This document shows positions 37,976 to 50,334 of a stretch of 64,000 nt of DNA, piece by piece (positions within the stretch are counted from its first letter, which is position 1; every line of letters starts with the position of its first letter). This DNA is from Macrostomum lignano. Taxonomy: Eukaryota. Below the pieces are notes generated by a model, which made no database searches, had not been told where the DNA came from, and saw only the letters and a program-made list of their open reading frames with translations. The stretch spans positions 277,402-341,401 of the forward strand of contig NIVC01001009.1 of NCBI GenBank assembly GCA_002269645.1, given 5' to 3'. The position numbers and the translations under genes are program-made.

Positions 37976-39323
37976 CTCGGGATTTCAAAAGATTTAAGGA
38001 TCGAAAATTAAAATATTCGATCTCGCAATTGAAGTTCTTATCATAGTACTTAAAGTAGCAGTCCTAAAATTTTAGAAAAAATGAGGTTTTTTGCTGATAT
38101 TTGAATCAGGAAAATGGATATACCGACAGACTTTTAATTATCAGCGGTATTTATATTTTTATTACTTAATTATTAGCCAAAGCAAAAACTATCAGTAGCG
38201 AAGAAAGTTTCAGACGCCACGTCAAAAATCCAGTTACCACAAGAACCTGAAAAATAAGCTTCAAAATAAAAGTTTAGCCCTTGAATCCCCGGCCAAAAAG
38301 ATCTCAATACTGAATCTCCGGGGTCAACAGCATCAGCTCAAATTCGACAAAGACATAGAACACCAGAAACCTAAAAAAACAATTCATAATGTCAATCAAA
38401 TGTGACAGACATAAGGTAATGAAGCATGGGGTTGAAATCAAAACTATTTTAGCTTCTATCACAATAACCTTATCTGTTACAGTGTACTATAATGCTATTG
38501 GAAAAGTACATACTAAGTGGGGGTACTTTTAAATAGCAGCAGTCTCAAAAGACTGGGATTGTTAAAAAATGAAATTATGACAGCAGAGAATGAAAATATG
38601 ATTTACCAGTTCGACACTTTGATTAAAGTAATGGACGAAAGCACAGGTGATAACAGCGATTATAATAAGTAGTTATGGAACTTAATATCTATTAATTTTT
38701 CAGAATAAAAAACAAAAGCTACTAAAGGCCAAAAGCATATAAAGTTTACAAAAAAGGCGTAAACAAAGAATTTTCACTGTGCAGCAGACAATAAAACGCT
38801 TTAAAAAAGAATTAATAAAACAACACAAGACCAGATACCAATAAAAGGGTTAATAATAGGGGACTGCAAAACAGAAATCCAAAAAGGAAACAATTTTAAG
38901 CTTTTACCAACAAAATGGACAAGAACATCAAAACCTAACGATTAATAATTGTTGTCGCATGTGATTCCTGCTCTATTTGACTGATTGATTCAAAATCTGT
39001 TTTAGTTGACAAGTTGTAGTGTCAATAAAACTAATTCAGAATGGTCAGTAAATTATAAAAGATTGGTATATTTTGGTAAAATTTTCTACTTTCAGTAGTA
39101 AGTTTCGTCTCAGAGCGTACCACTCAAAGTGGTAATAAGTACCAGTGAATTTTCAAAACTTATCTGCATAAAATTCAACTTAAAAACCTTCAGAAACTTA
39201 CTTCACATTTCATAGCTTGAAATGAAATCTGTAGCACAGGGATAGACACACAAATCCAGCTACCCAATAGTATATGAGTCTTGTCAACAATGATATCTCT
39301 TAGCACATAGCATCTAAGCTAGT

Positions 39324-42300
39324 TCACTTCCTTGGCTGGTGAATATTGTGAGCTGGCGGAGCATGCGGTTTCTCATGCTTTGGCACAGGCTTATCGTGAT
39401 AAGCTTTCACAGCATCAGGTGTAAAAGCTTTGTCTTCTTTAACCAAGCTGCCAGCCACAACTTGGCCTTGCTTGGCCTCATCAACTTCTGTGCCATATTC
39501 AGCTTCCTGCTTGCGAAGCTCTTCAGCGCTGAGCTTCTCGCCTGAGCCAGAGCTGGTGTTGCGGGTCCGATGACCAGCTACGCGCATGTTGCCCACCTTG
39601 GCTGCATTTGAAAGGCAAATTGGTCAGGTAAGTTTCATAAATCCAAGTTAAGCAGTTTGAGCTTAGAAAATATACTAAGTAATTTAAATTTTATGTTGAC
39701 TTATAGAGATATTGTTCTTGTACTTTAGCAAAAATTAATCATAAGACTTGATTGTCTTGGTTTTATTAAATCACCAAAGAAGCCTTAGCAAAAGAAAATA
39801 GTTTTTATGCTTGAAGCTAATAGGCATTGAAATGTTTTATCTTTTGGTGCTACATACTCATACTCACTAATATAGCTATTTTTATGACATAGCATAAGAC
39901 TGAAATAACTGATATTATGTCAACTAATTAAAGTAGGGTCTAACTAATCTCCACTCTATTACTATAAGTAGGCCTAGTTATATGCAAAACTAATTTATTG
40001 ACCAATCATAGAATTTATTTGTTTTAATATGGTATTTTTGTTACAAATCTTTTTTTGTGTTAAAATCCTTGTCTAAATTTTGTTTTATGTTGTCCCTGCC
40101 AATTACAATATACTACCCACCATATCATTATTTTATAAAGGCTTTGTCTAACGCAAAAATAAACCAACTTGTGGCAAGGCCCAGTTTGCTTCTAGCTTGC
40201 CTCTTTTGCTAAAGGAAATTTCTGCTGATAGCTGGTCTTTGCTTATTTGGTTCTAATTTTAGAAATAGGGATAAAAACTATAAAGGCAACAGAGGTTGTA
40301 TAGACCCAGAAATAGGGATAAAAGCTGCAAAGGCAACAAAGGTTGTATAGACCCAGAGCAGGGACAAAAGCCATAAAGGCAACAGAGGTTATATAGACAT
40401 ATAAGTAGGGATAAAAGCCTTAAAGGCAACAGAAGCTGTACAGGCTCAAGGGGTACTAAGAAGGCCATAAGATTGGGCATTAATATTAGGCATTAGAAGG
40501 CAGACAAATATTAGGTATTAGTGCTTGTCACTGGGCACCCTTGATCCCTGGGAATGCTATAATTTTGGACTTAGTTTAAATTAGACAGTGTCTTACTGCT
40601 CGGGCACTGATAGCTACCATAAGATTTCCAAGAAATCAAGTAACTTTAGGTAACTCTAAGAACTGTAGACCTAGAACAACTTGGAAACATCAATAAGACA
40701 ATTTTAGAGGCAGAACAAATAAACTATAACAACTTAGTGGCGCAATAAGATTTTATAGACAAAGAAAAGATATACCAATACAACTTGGTGATATCAGAGA
40801 TGCAAGGTTGAAGGCATTGAAGAGAATCATAGAAAGATGGAGCTGCTAGCTAACTTAGACTTGGCAATGGCATTTGCTGCTATGCAGCTATTCAATCTGC
40901 TAGAAGATCTAGAGTATGATGATTTTAGGGAACAAGTGATTGAGAGATTTGGTGGGATAGGAAATGCATTGGAATTTGGAGAAGAATTTAGAGGCCATAT
41001 GCAGGAAAGAAATGAGTTGAAGGATGCTTTCACCAATGCGCTAATTGAATTGTCAGCTAGGGCCTTTCCGAATACAATCAAGGAGCCGAGAAAGGAAGAG
41101 ATACAAGCAAATTCATCAAAGGAGTCAGAATTCTGCCAGATACTAGGGAAAATTTAATCTTTGCTCAACCTGTAAATTTGCAAGAATCTAGGCGAATGCT
41201 ACAGTGAATTGAAGCCAAAGGAGATGTACAAATAATTAAGGATGAAGCGAATGAGCATTAAAAGAAGCTCCAAAAGTTAGTGAAACAGCAGAGAGGTGAA
41301 CTAGAGCAACAGCAGAAGCTGATAGAGGAACTTAGGGCAAATAGGCCATTGTCTATGGCATGGCCTCAGCCATTCCTAGCTCAGATGCCGCAATAAACAG
41401 CTCACCAGCCACCGGCATTTCAGCTGCAAATTCTAGTCTAGGCCAAGGGGGCAATTCAATACTAGCTTATATGCTCTGCAACTAGGAAAGTGTGCAGTCT
41501 ATCAGCATCTCGGCTCAATAAGACCTGGTTTTAGTCATCAGTGCCGCTTGCCCCAAAACTAGTCTAAGCAAGGAAACTAAAGTACAAAGGCTACAACCCT
41601 CTAGGAAAAGTAGTTTTGAAATGAAGGCCTTCAATTATAGTAGTTATGTTGACTTAAAAAGTAGGCAAATAGTCCCAATGCAAAGAAGACACATATTAGT
41701 GTACCTATAAATAATGCATTTGCACTAGCATCAACACCTACTTTTTCTGCATCAGCACCTTATGCCTCTGCACTAGCTGCATCACCATGTGTCACCCCTG
41801 CATTTGCTGCTACAAACCTTGCATCAATACAAAAAGAATAATTTGTACCCAAATTTCACCAACCAAAGCCAAAAGTAATTAAGGAATTTTTTTCAAAACC
41901 TAAAGTTGAATTAGCAAATCAAACAGAATTTCTTTTGTACAGCCACGATTGCGATAATATATTAGGTATGGAATTGTTTAAAGAGCACTGTGAAAGCATC
42001 CATTTAGCCAAAGGCATATTAATTCTAAAGGAGAAGACTTGTGTTCCCATGCAGTACACTCATTTGCCAGTAAGAGTATGCCAAGTATATACTCAAAAAA
42101 GAGCAGTTGTTCTGTCTTATAATGCACTACAAATCCCCATGAGATTATCTAAGAATTAAAAAGCTAATTATGGCATGCCAATAACTATTGAGACTATTGG
42201 AATTGGAAGTATAAGAACTAAGAGCAAAACATTAGAAATGAATCCAACCTTAGTTACTATGCGCAATGGTGTAGCCATAGTACGTAGAAGTAGTGAATTG

Positions 42301-45300
42301 AAGCATGGTAGAAATACAATTGCCAAAATTGTTGCTGGTAGATCTAGCTAAGCCAATGAGAGCCAGAGAGCTTACCTATATGACTAGTGAATTAGATCAA
42401 ACTGTGCCACCAAACTAGCTAATCACTGGATGTGTCAATCAAATGCAATCTCAAAGTGAAACTTGGATTAGCAAAATCAATATTAGTGAAACCTTGATAG
42501 CAGAGCAGAAAGAGAAAGTGATTCAGCTTATAAAAGAGCATAGAGCTTTAGAGAAACCTTTTTGTAGCACAATTTAGATATGGGCTTAACATTGTTAGTC
42601 ACGCATGAGATATTATTGAAAGATAAGACACCTGTGAGGATTCCAACTAGAAGAATCCCTTTTCATTTCCAAAAACAGGTGAATGCTCAATTAGACAATA
42701 TGTTAGCTAAGAATTTAATTAGGCCATGCTATTCAACTTATGCAACACCTATAGTAATTGTATATCTAAGAAGGATGGTACTATTTGAATAGTGACTAGA
42801 GTGTTGAATTCATGAGTAAATTATTTTCGATATCCACTGCCAAATATTCGAGACATTTTGTATTTAACAGGCAGTCAATACTTTAATAGCCTTAACCTAA
42901 ATTCTGATTTTTGGCAAGTTTAAAAACAGGAACACAAATAAGTTTAAGTACAAAGTTATGGGTCAGGGCTATCTAATATCTGAGGTACTTTTCAAAGATT
43001 AATGAATCTTGTATTGGCAGGCATTCAGCATAAATATTCTATGTCATACATAGAAAGCATAGTGACCTATTCTAAGAACTTCAAAAATCATTTAGAATAC
43101 CTAAAAGAGGTATCTCAAAGATTGATTAATACTGGACTGAAACTAAGAGAAAAAAGTGCAATCTGTTCCATAGCAAATTAAAATATTTAGGCCATGTAAT
43201 TAGAAGAAATGGAATCACGACTGATGAAGCTAAAATAGAAGCAATTAGAAGTTGACCAAAGCCAAAAGATGCAAGAGTCGTAAAGTTTCTTAAAAAGAAT
43301 TGCTCTTTTTTAAAAGAGTTGCTTGTTGTGGCATCATTGCTTAATGATTTGAAGAAAAATGCTTGTTTAAAGCTTGGAATCCCTGATGAAAAGATCCATT
43401 CAGTGAAAATTGTTACTTTCAATAGATATGTCATTGATGATGACAATCTTATCCTTGAACTAGCCAAAGAGAATAAGTTCTAGTTATTCTACACAATGAA
43501 AAATAGTTACAAAAGCAGCTAGGTACTGAGATAGCAACTGGTGACCCTGGCCTTATTAATTGCCAATTGATTAAGGCAATCACCAATTGCCTCAGCTGCT
43601 ATCAGCGTGGTGACCCCTAAATGCACTATTGCTAAAAGGGAGGACAAGCCAGAAACATTGCCAGCATAGCTAAAGTGGCCTAATGTGTATTCTCTTCCAC
43701 AAATATACAAGCTTGCCAAGGCTTTGTGTGGGCTTTGGTAACAACTATCAAAAGACTGTAATTTTAAACTAAATGCAAAATTTGTCAATTAGTTAATTAA
43801 GTATATCATGGACAAATTTTTGTAAAATATAAGCAAATCAATGATCTGTATCTATAATCTGTAGAAATCAACTATGTATGCTAAGCTATTACATTAATAT
43901 TTCCATCACTAAAGGACTATTCTCCTGATGGATGCCGCTTCTAGGCAGTTAAAGTCTGTTGTTAGCTTAAAGAGTTTGGTAGCAAAATTCTGCCTGAGCA
44001 TCAAAGCCTACTGATTCTTCAAATGCAAGCTAAGCATAGGTGGAGCAAGCATAAACTAAGCATTGCTATGCTGTCAAAAATGCCAGTTCTACTTCAGCTG
44101 CTTAGGATGGCAGTGATAAGGAGAATACAATGCATTCGAGCGAAATTCAATATCAATTTCCAGGTTTTTCCAGGTTTAAATAAGTAAAGCTCCAGGTTGC
44201 TATATGGTAGAGCTTTATAAAATGAAACATATGTACGCAGCAATGTTTCTTGATTTAGTGTTTCCTACTACGAACTATATATTATATATTTCATAGATTA
44301 TTTAAATTATTTATTTCTTGTATTAATTGAAGAACAAAATTAAAAGTATAAAATAAGACTTTTGCTATAAATATACAACTTAATAAGAATATAACTATAC
44401 AGGATAGATTGTATTTGTAACATACTATGACATGGTAGCAACATTTTTAATACCAAAGTTTCTATCACATCATATAGCATTATGTCATGCATTACTAAAT
44501 TATAGTCTACTACCAGTTTCACATTACACAGATCATGGGAAGAATGATAATTCCATAATTCCAATTAGTCAAGAGCTATCAGTTCTAGAAGAGCTTGAGT
44601 TGTACTGGCCATTTAAGTTGCCCATGGTAATTGTTCAGGAATGCACTCTGATGATAGAAGCCTATTAACCAAAAGCAAACTACTAACTATATTCTGCAGA
44701 AGTCATCTAAGATTGTAATTTGCAATGTAAAGGCTGCTTTGTTAAAAGTATACAAAAAGTGGCATTGCTTTAAAAACTTCAAATTTTGTAAGGCTTACTT
44801 ATCTTTTATGGACATAGAACAGCAGCTCCAAGTGGCTATTCTCTTACTTTTGGGCTGGCTAAGGATTGATCTAAATGCTATCTTCAAGGCCAATTTTCCA
44901 GTTTGAGCCAATCTATTATTTGAGACACTTATAGATACCATTATTATTTTTGTTCTAGTGTTCGTTGCTTTTAACTTGCAGTATATTTTTATTCTCAAGC
45001 CATTCCTTGAATTCATTGAGGTAATGGCAAAGCTGCATTGACAGCATTGTCAAGCTATATGCAGTGATACTATATTTTTGCTTGCTGCATTTTGCTAATC
45101 ATGCTTTATTTGTTGCTAAATGATAATGCTAGTGCCTATAAATATAGTTTGCTGACATAAAGTAATATTTCTACAATCATTTATTTACTTCTTAACAATA
45201 TATCACATCCATAAAGAACTGGGGATTCAATTCAAAGCAAAATAGCTCTTTGGATAAGGTCATATTTATGTTCCCTCTATGTTCAAGCCTGTACTGAAAA

Positions 45301-47245
45301 CACTAGGTTTTATGCCCTGAATATGTGCTATAATACCTTCAGCCTTTCTTTTGGAAATGTCTGCTTGGCTATGCCCATAGTTAACTTTATATTTTTTTAC
45401 TCATTTCAAAGTGGTGTGCCTTTAGTTAGGCTCTTGTGCTCAATACAGGAAAATGAAATAGTCTATGATTATACTTTAGTTAAAAGTACTAGCAATCCAG
45501 TCCATTTGATGAGTGCAAAAATGAAAATGAAAATATGGCTGAAAATATTAAAGAATAGACCCATGGTTCCAGTAAGCCTTGACATCTTAACAATGGTCTA
45601 CGGTCATTTTGTCTGCCGCCTTTTCGTCTGCCAAAGAATTTTAGCAGACGAAACGACTTTTTTATTTATGTTTATTTTGGTTCACTTATTTAGTATTTTT
45701 TATGTAGGGAATTAAAATAAATTAGTATAAGCAAGTTTTAAGTATGTTTTCTTATTTATATTGATACATTTTGTTTTTCTTCATTTTCTACAAAACCTAA
45801 CTAACCTATATAATACTTTCGACGCATTGATGCGTGTGTGCCTACAATTTCGATTGCTCCTTACATTTTACACTTTGTACATTTAAGCTAGTTGTATTCG
45901 TGAATAAATTGCATATGAGTTTACATACACGAAAAAAAAAAGTTGGAAGGAAACTAAATGGTTGGAGATATTTGCTTCTGGCTTTGTGTATTTATATGCA
46001 ACATATTAGCTCCAGAACTTTCAGAAAAATCCTAGCATTATAATAAATTACAATTAATAAGACATTTACATTATACTTCCATGCGAAGCTTGATGACATA
46101 TTAGTTATTCCAATTTATATATTATATATATTGGCAGACAAAACAACTATATCGTATATTGGCAGACGAAAAGGCGGCAGATGAAATGACCATCAACCTT
46201 AAAAATTCCCCTAGCTGCAAGCCTTGACATCTTAGCAACTCTCCCAGTAAGCTTTGACATCTCAACAATCCCTTGTAAGCCTCAACATCCCAGCAATCAC
46301 CCTATAGGCCTTAACATCCTAGCAATTCTCCTTGTAAGCCTTGACACCCTAGCTATTTCCTCTGTAAGCTTTGATATCTCAGCAAGAAAAGAAACTCATT
46401 CCTTTTAATTTTGTATTAAAAGGAATGGCTGAAAATATTAAAGAATAGACCCATGGTTCCATGATTAATATGATATGATTAATATGATTAATCATATTCA
46501 TAATATTAATATGATTAATCATATTCATAATATTAATATGATAATAATATGATTAAAAGTTCGTGATACCTTACTGGAACCATGGGTCTATTCTTTAATA
46601 TTATCTCTTTCTTTAATATCATATTCTTTAAAATGATTAATGATATTCATAATCATCATAATCATATTAATATGATAATAATATGATTAAAAGTTCATGA
46701 TACCTTACTGGAACCATGGGTCTTTCTTTTGGAAGAAATTATTAATCATATTCATAATCATCATAATCATATTAATATGATAATATATCACATCATATTA
46801 ATTTTATTGTTTTATAACATTTAATTATATTTTTTTGCTTCTCAACTCTGCATCTCAACAAAATTGAATATTCTGCTAGAAATATTTTTGGCATTTGCAA
46901 TGCAATGCCAGTCATTGTCAATTAAGGTGTTAAGAGTGCTAGAGTGGTATTCACCAAAGGCAAAGAGTAGGCCCTAATGATTGCAAAATAAACCAATTTT
47001 TGGGTAAAAAATCAGGCATTCTGATTGTAAAGTATAAAAACCTATAGAAGTAGCATGCCATAGCCTTTTCAATATCATATTATTCTTATTCCTAGCTTTA
47101 GCATGGCCCTGGGCCTGCTATATATGGAAATAGAAGATAGGCCTAAGCAGCATGGACCATCGACATAGATAGGGTAGGGAAACGACCCTAAAATCTTACC
47201 AGCAGGTGCGTGTCCCGCTTTAAACTCGGTGTTGTTATCCTCCAT
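39324..47245 (-). CDS. DAP: Death-associated protein 1 (DAP/DAPL1 family), 107 aa; exons 47245-47200 and 39601-39324
   Basis: MEDNNTEFKAGHAPA G|gtaaga (47199) splices to tgcag|CC AAG GTG (39602), giving AGHAPAAKVGNMRV...KEDKAFTPDAVKAYHDKP...NIHQPRK. This matches the DAP hallmark motifs AGHPPAVKAGGMRI, GDKDFPP and IQQPRK. The phase-1 intron falls where I recall the first intron of human DAP. Confidence 0.93.
40258..40440. repeat. 47-bp repeat, 3 to 4 copies, upstream of the gag-like ORF
   Basis: AGAAATAGGGATAAAA at 40261 and 40308. Confidence 0.85.
40800..43340 (+). mobile_element. Degenerate Ty3/gypsy-like LTR retrotransposon remnant (gag-like ORF plus RT fragments), antisense in the DAP intron
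   Basis: RT motifs THEILLKDKTPVRIPTRRIP..QV..ML..I.PCYSTYATPIV (42580-42790), PLPNIRDI, TFQRLM, and KYLGHVI..GI..DEAKIEAI..*PKP (about 43180-43265), with many stops and frameshifts. No LTR pair found. Confidence 0.8.
43340..43900 (+). mobile_element. Possible Ty1/copia pol remnant
   Basis: KIHSVKIVTFN, *QLVTL..IAN*L and IYKLAKALCGL resemble copia integrase-tail and RT motifs, in copia order; very degenerate. Confidence 0.35.
44350..44800 (-). mobile_element. Possible LINE APE-endonuclease remnant
   Basis: ITMGNLNG, ETGSRL and QIQSIL resemble the GDLN, NGxRL and IDxIL motifs; frames are broken. Confidence 0.35.
45595..46198. mobile_element. About 604-bp MITE with about 38-bp imperfect TIRs and an 8-bp target duplication (1 mismatch)
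   Basis: Left GGTCTACGGTCATTTTGTCTGCCGCCTTTTCGTCTGCCAA; right end reverse-complemented GGTTGATGGTCATTTCATCTGCCGCCTTTTCGTCTGCCAA. Flanks TTAACAAT (45587-94) and TTAAAAAT (46199-206). Confidence 0.75.
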
Positions 47246-47659
47246 TTTAAAAGCGTTATCAATAAGAAACTTATTGAATAAAGAGAAAGGCGTTTAACTA
47301 TTAGTGATAGACAGCAGCTGTAGTAACATGCAATGCGATGCGATAAAAAAGTTGAATATCGAATTCACTACTACTTAAATGAAAAGTATTATTGTTGTGT
47401 CGTCTTGACCTAATAAATCCAGGTAATACTATATCCTATGTAGAGTATTTTTTGCAATTCTCTGTAACTAACAAATATATATTATTTCTTTCGTTAAAGT
47501 TTGTAAATTTTAAATTTAAAATCGTTATCTAATTCGCGCGTGTCACAGCTCTCTAGATGACCGGTTTTTCAGTTCCAGTTCCCGATAAGATAAAAATAAC
47601 AAAAAGATCGATTTAGCAGAAAACACTTGAATGTAAAACGATTTTTTTGTCGAAACTCA

Positions 47660-48365
47660 AATTTACCATCTGAAATCTGTGTATATATAAAAAATCAGCT
47701 TCACAGACCTTACTATTGCTTCAGTGCAGGTCTTCAATCTTGCATAGCGTGATGTTGAAACGTCAGAAACTGTACGATGTCGCATACAGGCCAAATCATT
47801 CTACCCCTAGAACTACGAAATACCCAACAACATCTGATAACCAATTTTATTTTTGCAATTTACCATCTGAAATCTGTGTATATATAAAAAATCAGCTTCA
47901 CAGACCTTACTGTTGCTTCAGTGCAGGTCTTCAATCTTGCATAGCGTGATGTTGAAACGTCAGTAACTGCAGGATTTCGCATACAGGCTAAATAAATCTA
48001 TTCTTAGAACTACGAAATACCCAACAACAACTGATAACCAATTTTATTTTTGCAATTTACCATCTGAAATCTGTGTATATATAAAAAATCAGCTTCACAG
48101 ACCTCTGTTGCTTCAGTGCAGGTCTCCAATCTTGCATAGCGTGATGTTGAAACGTCAGTAACTGCAGGATTTCGCATACAGGCTAAATAAATCTATTCTT
48201 AGAACTACGAAATACCCAACAACAACTGATAACCAATTTTATTTTTGCAATTTACCATCTGAAATCTGTGTATATATAAAAAATCAGCTTCACAGACCTT
48301 ACTGTTGCTTCAGTGCAGGTCTCCAATCTTGCACAGCGTGACGTTGAAACGTCAGAAACTACGAT
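47660..48365. repeat. 197-bp tandem repeat, about 3.6 copies
   Basis: AATTTACCATCTG at 47660, 47857, 48054 and 48249. Confidence 0.95.
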
Positions 48366-48469
48366 TTCGTAACTAAGGAGTTGTAACTTTGAATTTGTAA
48401 AATATCCAGCTTATACTCGTAGGTAATTATAGAACCACAGCAACAAAAAATACGCATTCGCCCCAGTAG

Positions 48470-49870
48470 TCAGTGGAGCTGGAGCGTCAGATGACATGTC
48501 GAAGCGCCAGCAGGCGAATAATCAATTGTCCGGCCCATTGATCGACAGTGTCGGGCGCCCCAACGTTGCTCAGGATGCAGTCCACGTATCTCTGTGTCCT
48601 CGGTCGCTTGAGCCCGCCTGAACTGTTCTAGCAAAGTGAGCGGCAGGAAGTCCTGGACAGGCTAGGGCAATAGCCCGGATCACGTAGCGCCTGTCAGTTG
48701 GAGTCGCCGTCTCGCTGCAGGATGGTACATCCTTGAACAGGACGCTTTTGTCAGCCTGAACGCATGGAGCAGCCCCGCGGGCCGAGTGATAAAATTGTTT
48801 AGCTGTTGCTCCAGCGTGACCGTTAACATCGGGACGCTAGAATTCGCGCGACTGGATTTCGCGCGATCTGGCATTCGAGCGACTGCATTTGCGCGACTGG
48901 AAATCGCACGACCTGGAATTGAAGCGCACGACTTCTTTCTAGCGACTGGATTTCACACGACTGGATTTAAATCCAGTCGATCGAAATCCGGTTGCGCGAA
49001 ATTCAGTCGCACGAAATCCAGTCGCACGAACTTCACGTCGCGCGAAATCTATACTAGTCGCTTGAAGTAAGTCGCGAGAAATGATGCAGTCGAATTCAAT
49101 TTCAAGTCGCCTAAAATCATTTTATTTTCATTTTAATCATTCGTGCAAAATCCTGGTGCGCAGAAGACAATTAGCGCAAAATCCAGTAGCGCGAATTCTA
49201 GCGTCCCTTGAACATCCACGTCTCTGCAGCGTTGTCGAGCAACACGGTCTCAACAGCCGAGCGCTCTGACGATCGGGCAGCGCTTTGGACTGAAGGATGG
49301 CGCGAATCGACCGGTAGGCCGTCCAGGCAAGTCCTCTCGATCTAGATCTGCGTCGCCGAATTTCGTCCTCAACGTTGGGCATCAGACCGTCGAGGTGAAC
49401 CGCTGACAGCGCGCGAGGTTGGTCGTCTGCCCGTCTGCGCCGCGGCATTACGCTGTGGTGACGGCAGACGGCTTGTCTGATCTGTCTGAAACTTCGTTTA
49501 GGAGTGCTACACAGAGCGACACATTCTAGCACCGTTCCTCTTCGTGCTGCTCCTGGCATGGATTGTGCAGCTTTGGAACGGACCCCCTTCAGCAGGCGAC
49601 GGCTTCCTGCTGCGCAGACACATCGGTCGCCGCCACAACGAGAAGCGCCTGAGCGGTTCTGGGCTACGCCGACGACCTCACACTCCTGTCCTCAACTGTT
49701 GATGGCGCACAGCGCTAGATTAAGGTTGGTCGAGGTGGCATCAAAGCGTCGGCCTATTTGTCGACACGCTGAAAGACCGAGAGGCGCTGGCATGACCAGC
49801 GAGCCGATATCCCAGGCGGAGCTGACTTACATCACCATACAGCGATATGATGGCGTCAACTACATGTAGC
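48470..49870 (-). mobile_element. Degenerate non-LTR (RTE-like) retrotransposon RT C-terminal fragment
   Basis: GLMPNVEDEIRRRR..GLAWTAYRSIRAILQSKALPDRQ, ETW|MLTVTLEQQL, RRRLQLTG..YCP*PVQDFLPLTL and RYVDCIL; frameshifts and stops throughout. Confidence 0.65.
48831..49207. mobile_element. 377-bp MITE inserted in the LINE remnant
   Basis: TIR GGGACGCTAGAATTCGCGC(G/T)ACTGGATTT(C/T)GCGC. Flanks TTAACATC and TTGAACATC. Removing it restores the frame ETWMLTV. Internal GCGCGACTGG sub-repeats. Confidence 0.8.
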
Positions 49871-50107
49871 TGCTGGGGACTCGACAGGTTCGTAGGACAA
49901 AAGAAAGTGTTACTCTTAGCACTGAATCAAATGCCATAATAATTAAAAACCCTAAAAAATGCCGAGTAAAGGCCGAGACCTTTCACAGAGTCGTGAAAGG
50001 TCTCGGCCCCTCGGAGTTGTAACTCCTTTAATTTCCTATTTTTCCGAGGTTCAGCTTGTACATTGTTTCATTTTACGAAATTATACCTTTAAATGCATAA
50101 TCACATG

Positions 50108-50334
50108 CAAGGGCCCGCGTCACCGCGCAGGACAGGGGCTGACATCGGGACAACTGTGCATGTCCCCCCTGGTCTGAGTGAAAGCTATGAAAAAGCGAAC
50201 AAAATGAGTGTCTGTTTGGCAATAAAATTGAGTGTTAAAAACACCGATAAAAAATAATGTAGGAATTTCGTCACTTAGAATTCTTGACTTTGTCCCCCAC
50301 CATAAAAATCCATAGCGACGCGCTCACGCCCCTG
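50108..50334. mobile_element. 227-bp hAT-like MITE
   Basis: Ends CAAGGGC...GCCCCTG; identical 8-bp flanks ATCACATG (50100-07 and 50335-42). The TIRs are short and imperfect. Confidence 0.55.

Noticed and set aside
37209-37997. 259-aa and 146-aa periodic ORFs
   Set aside because: Products of the 42-bp minisatellite on both strands.
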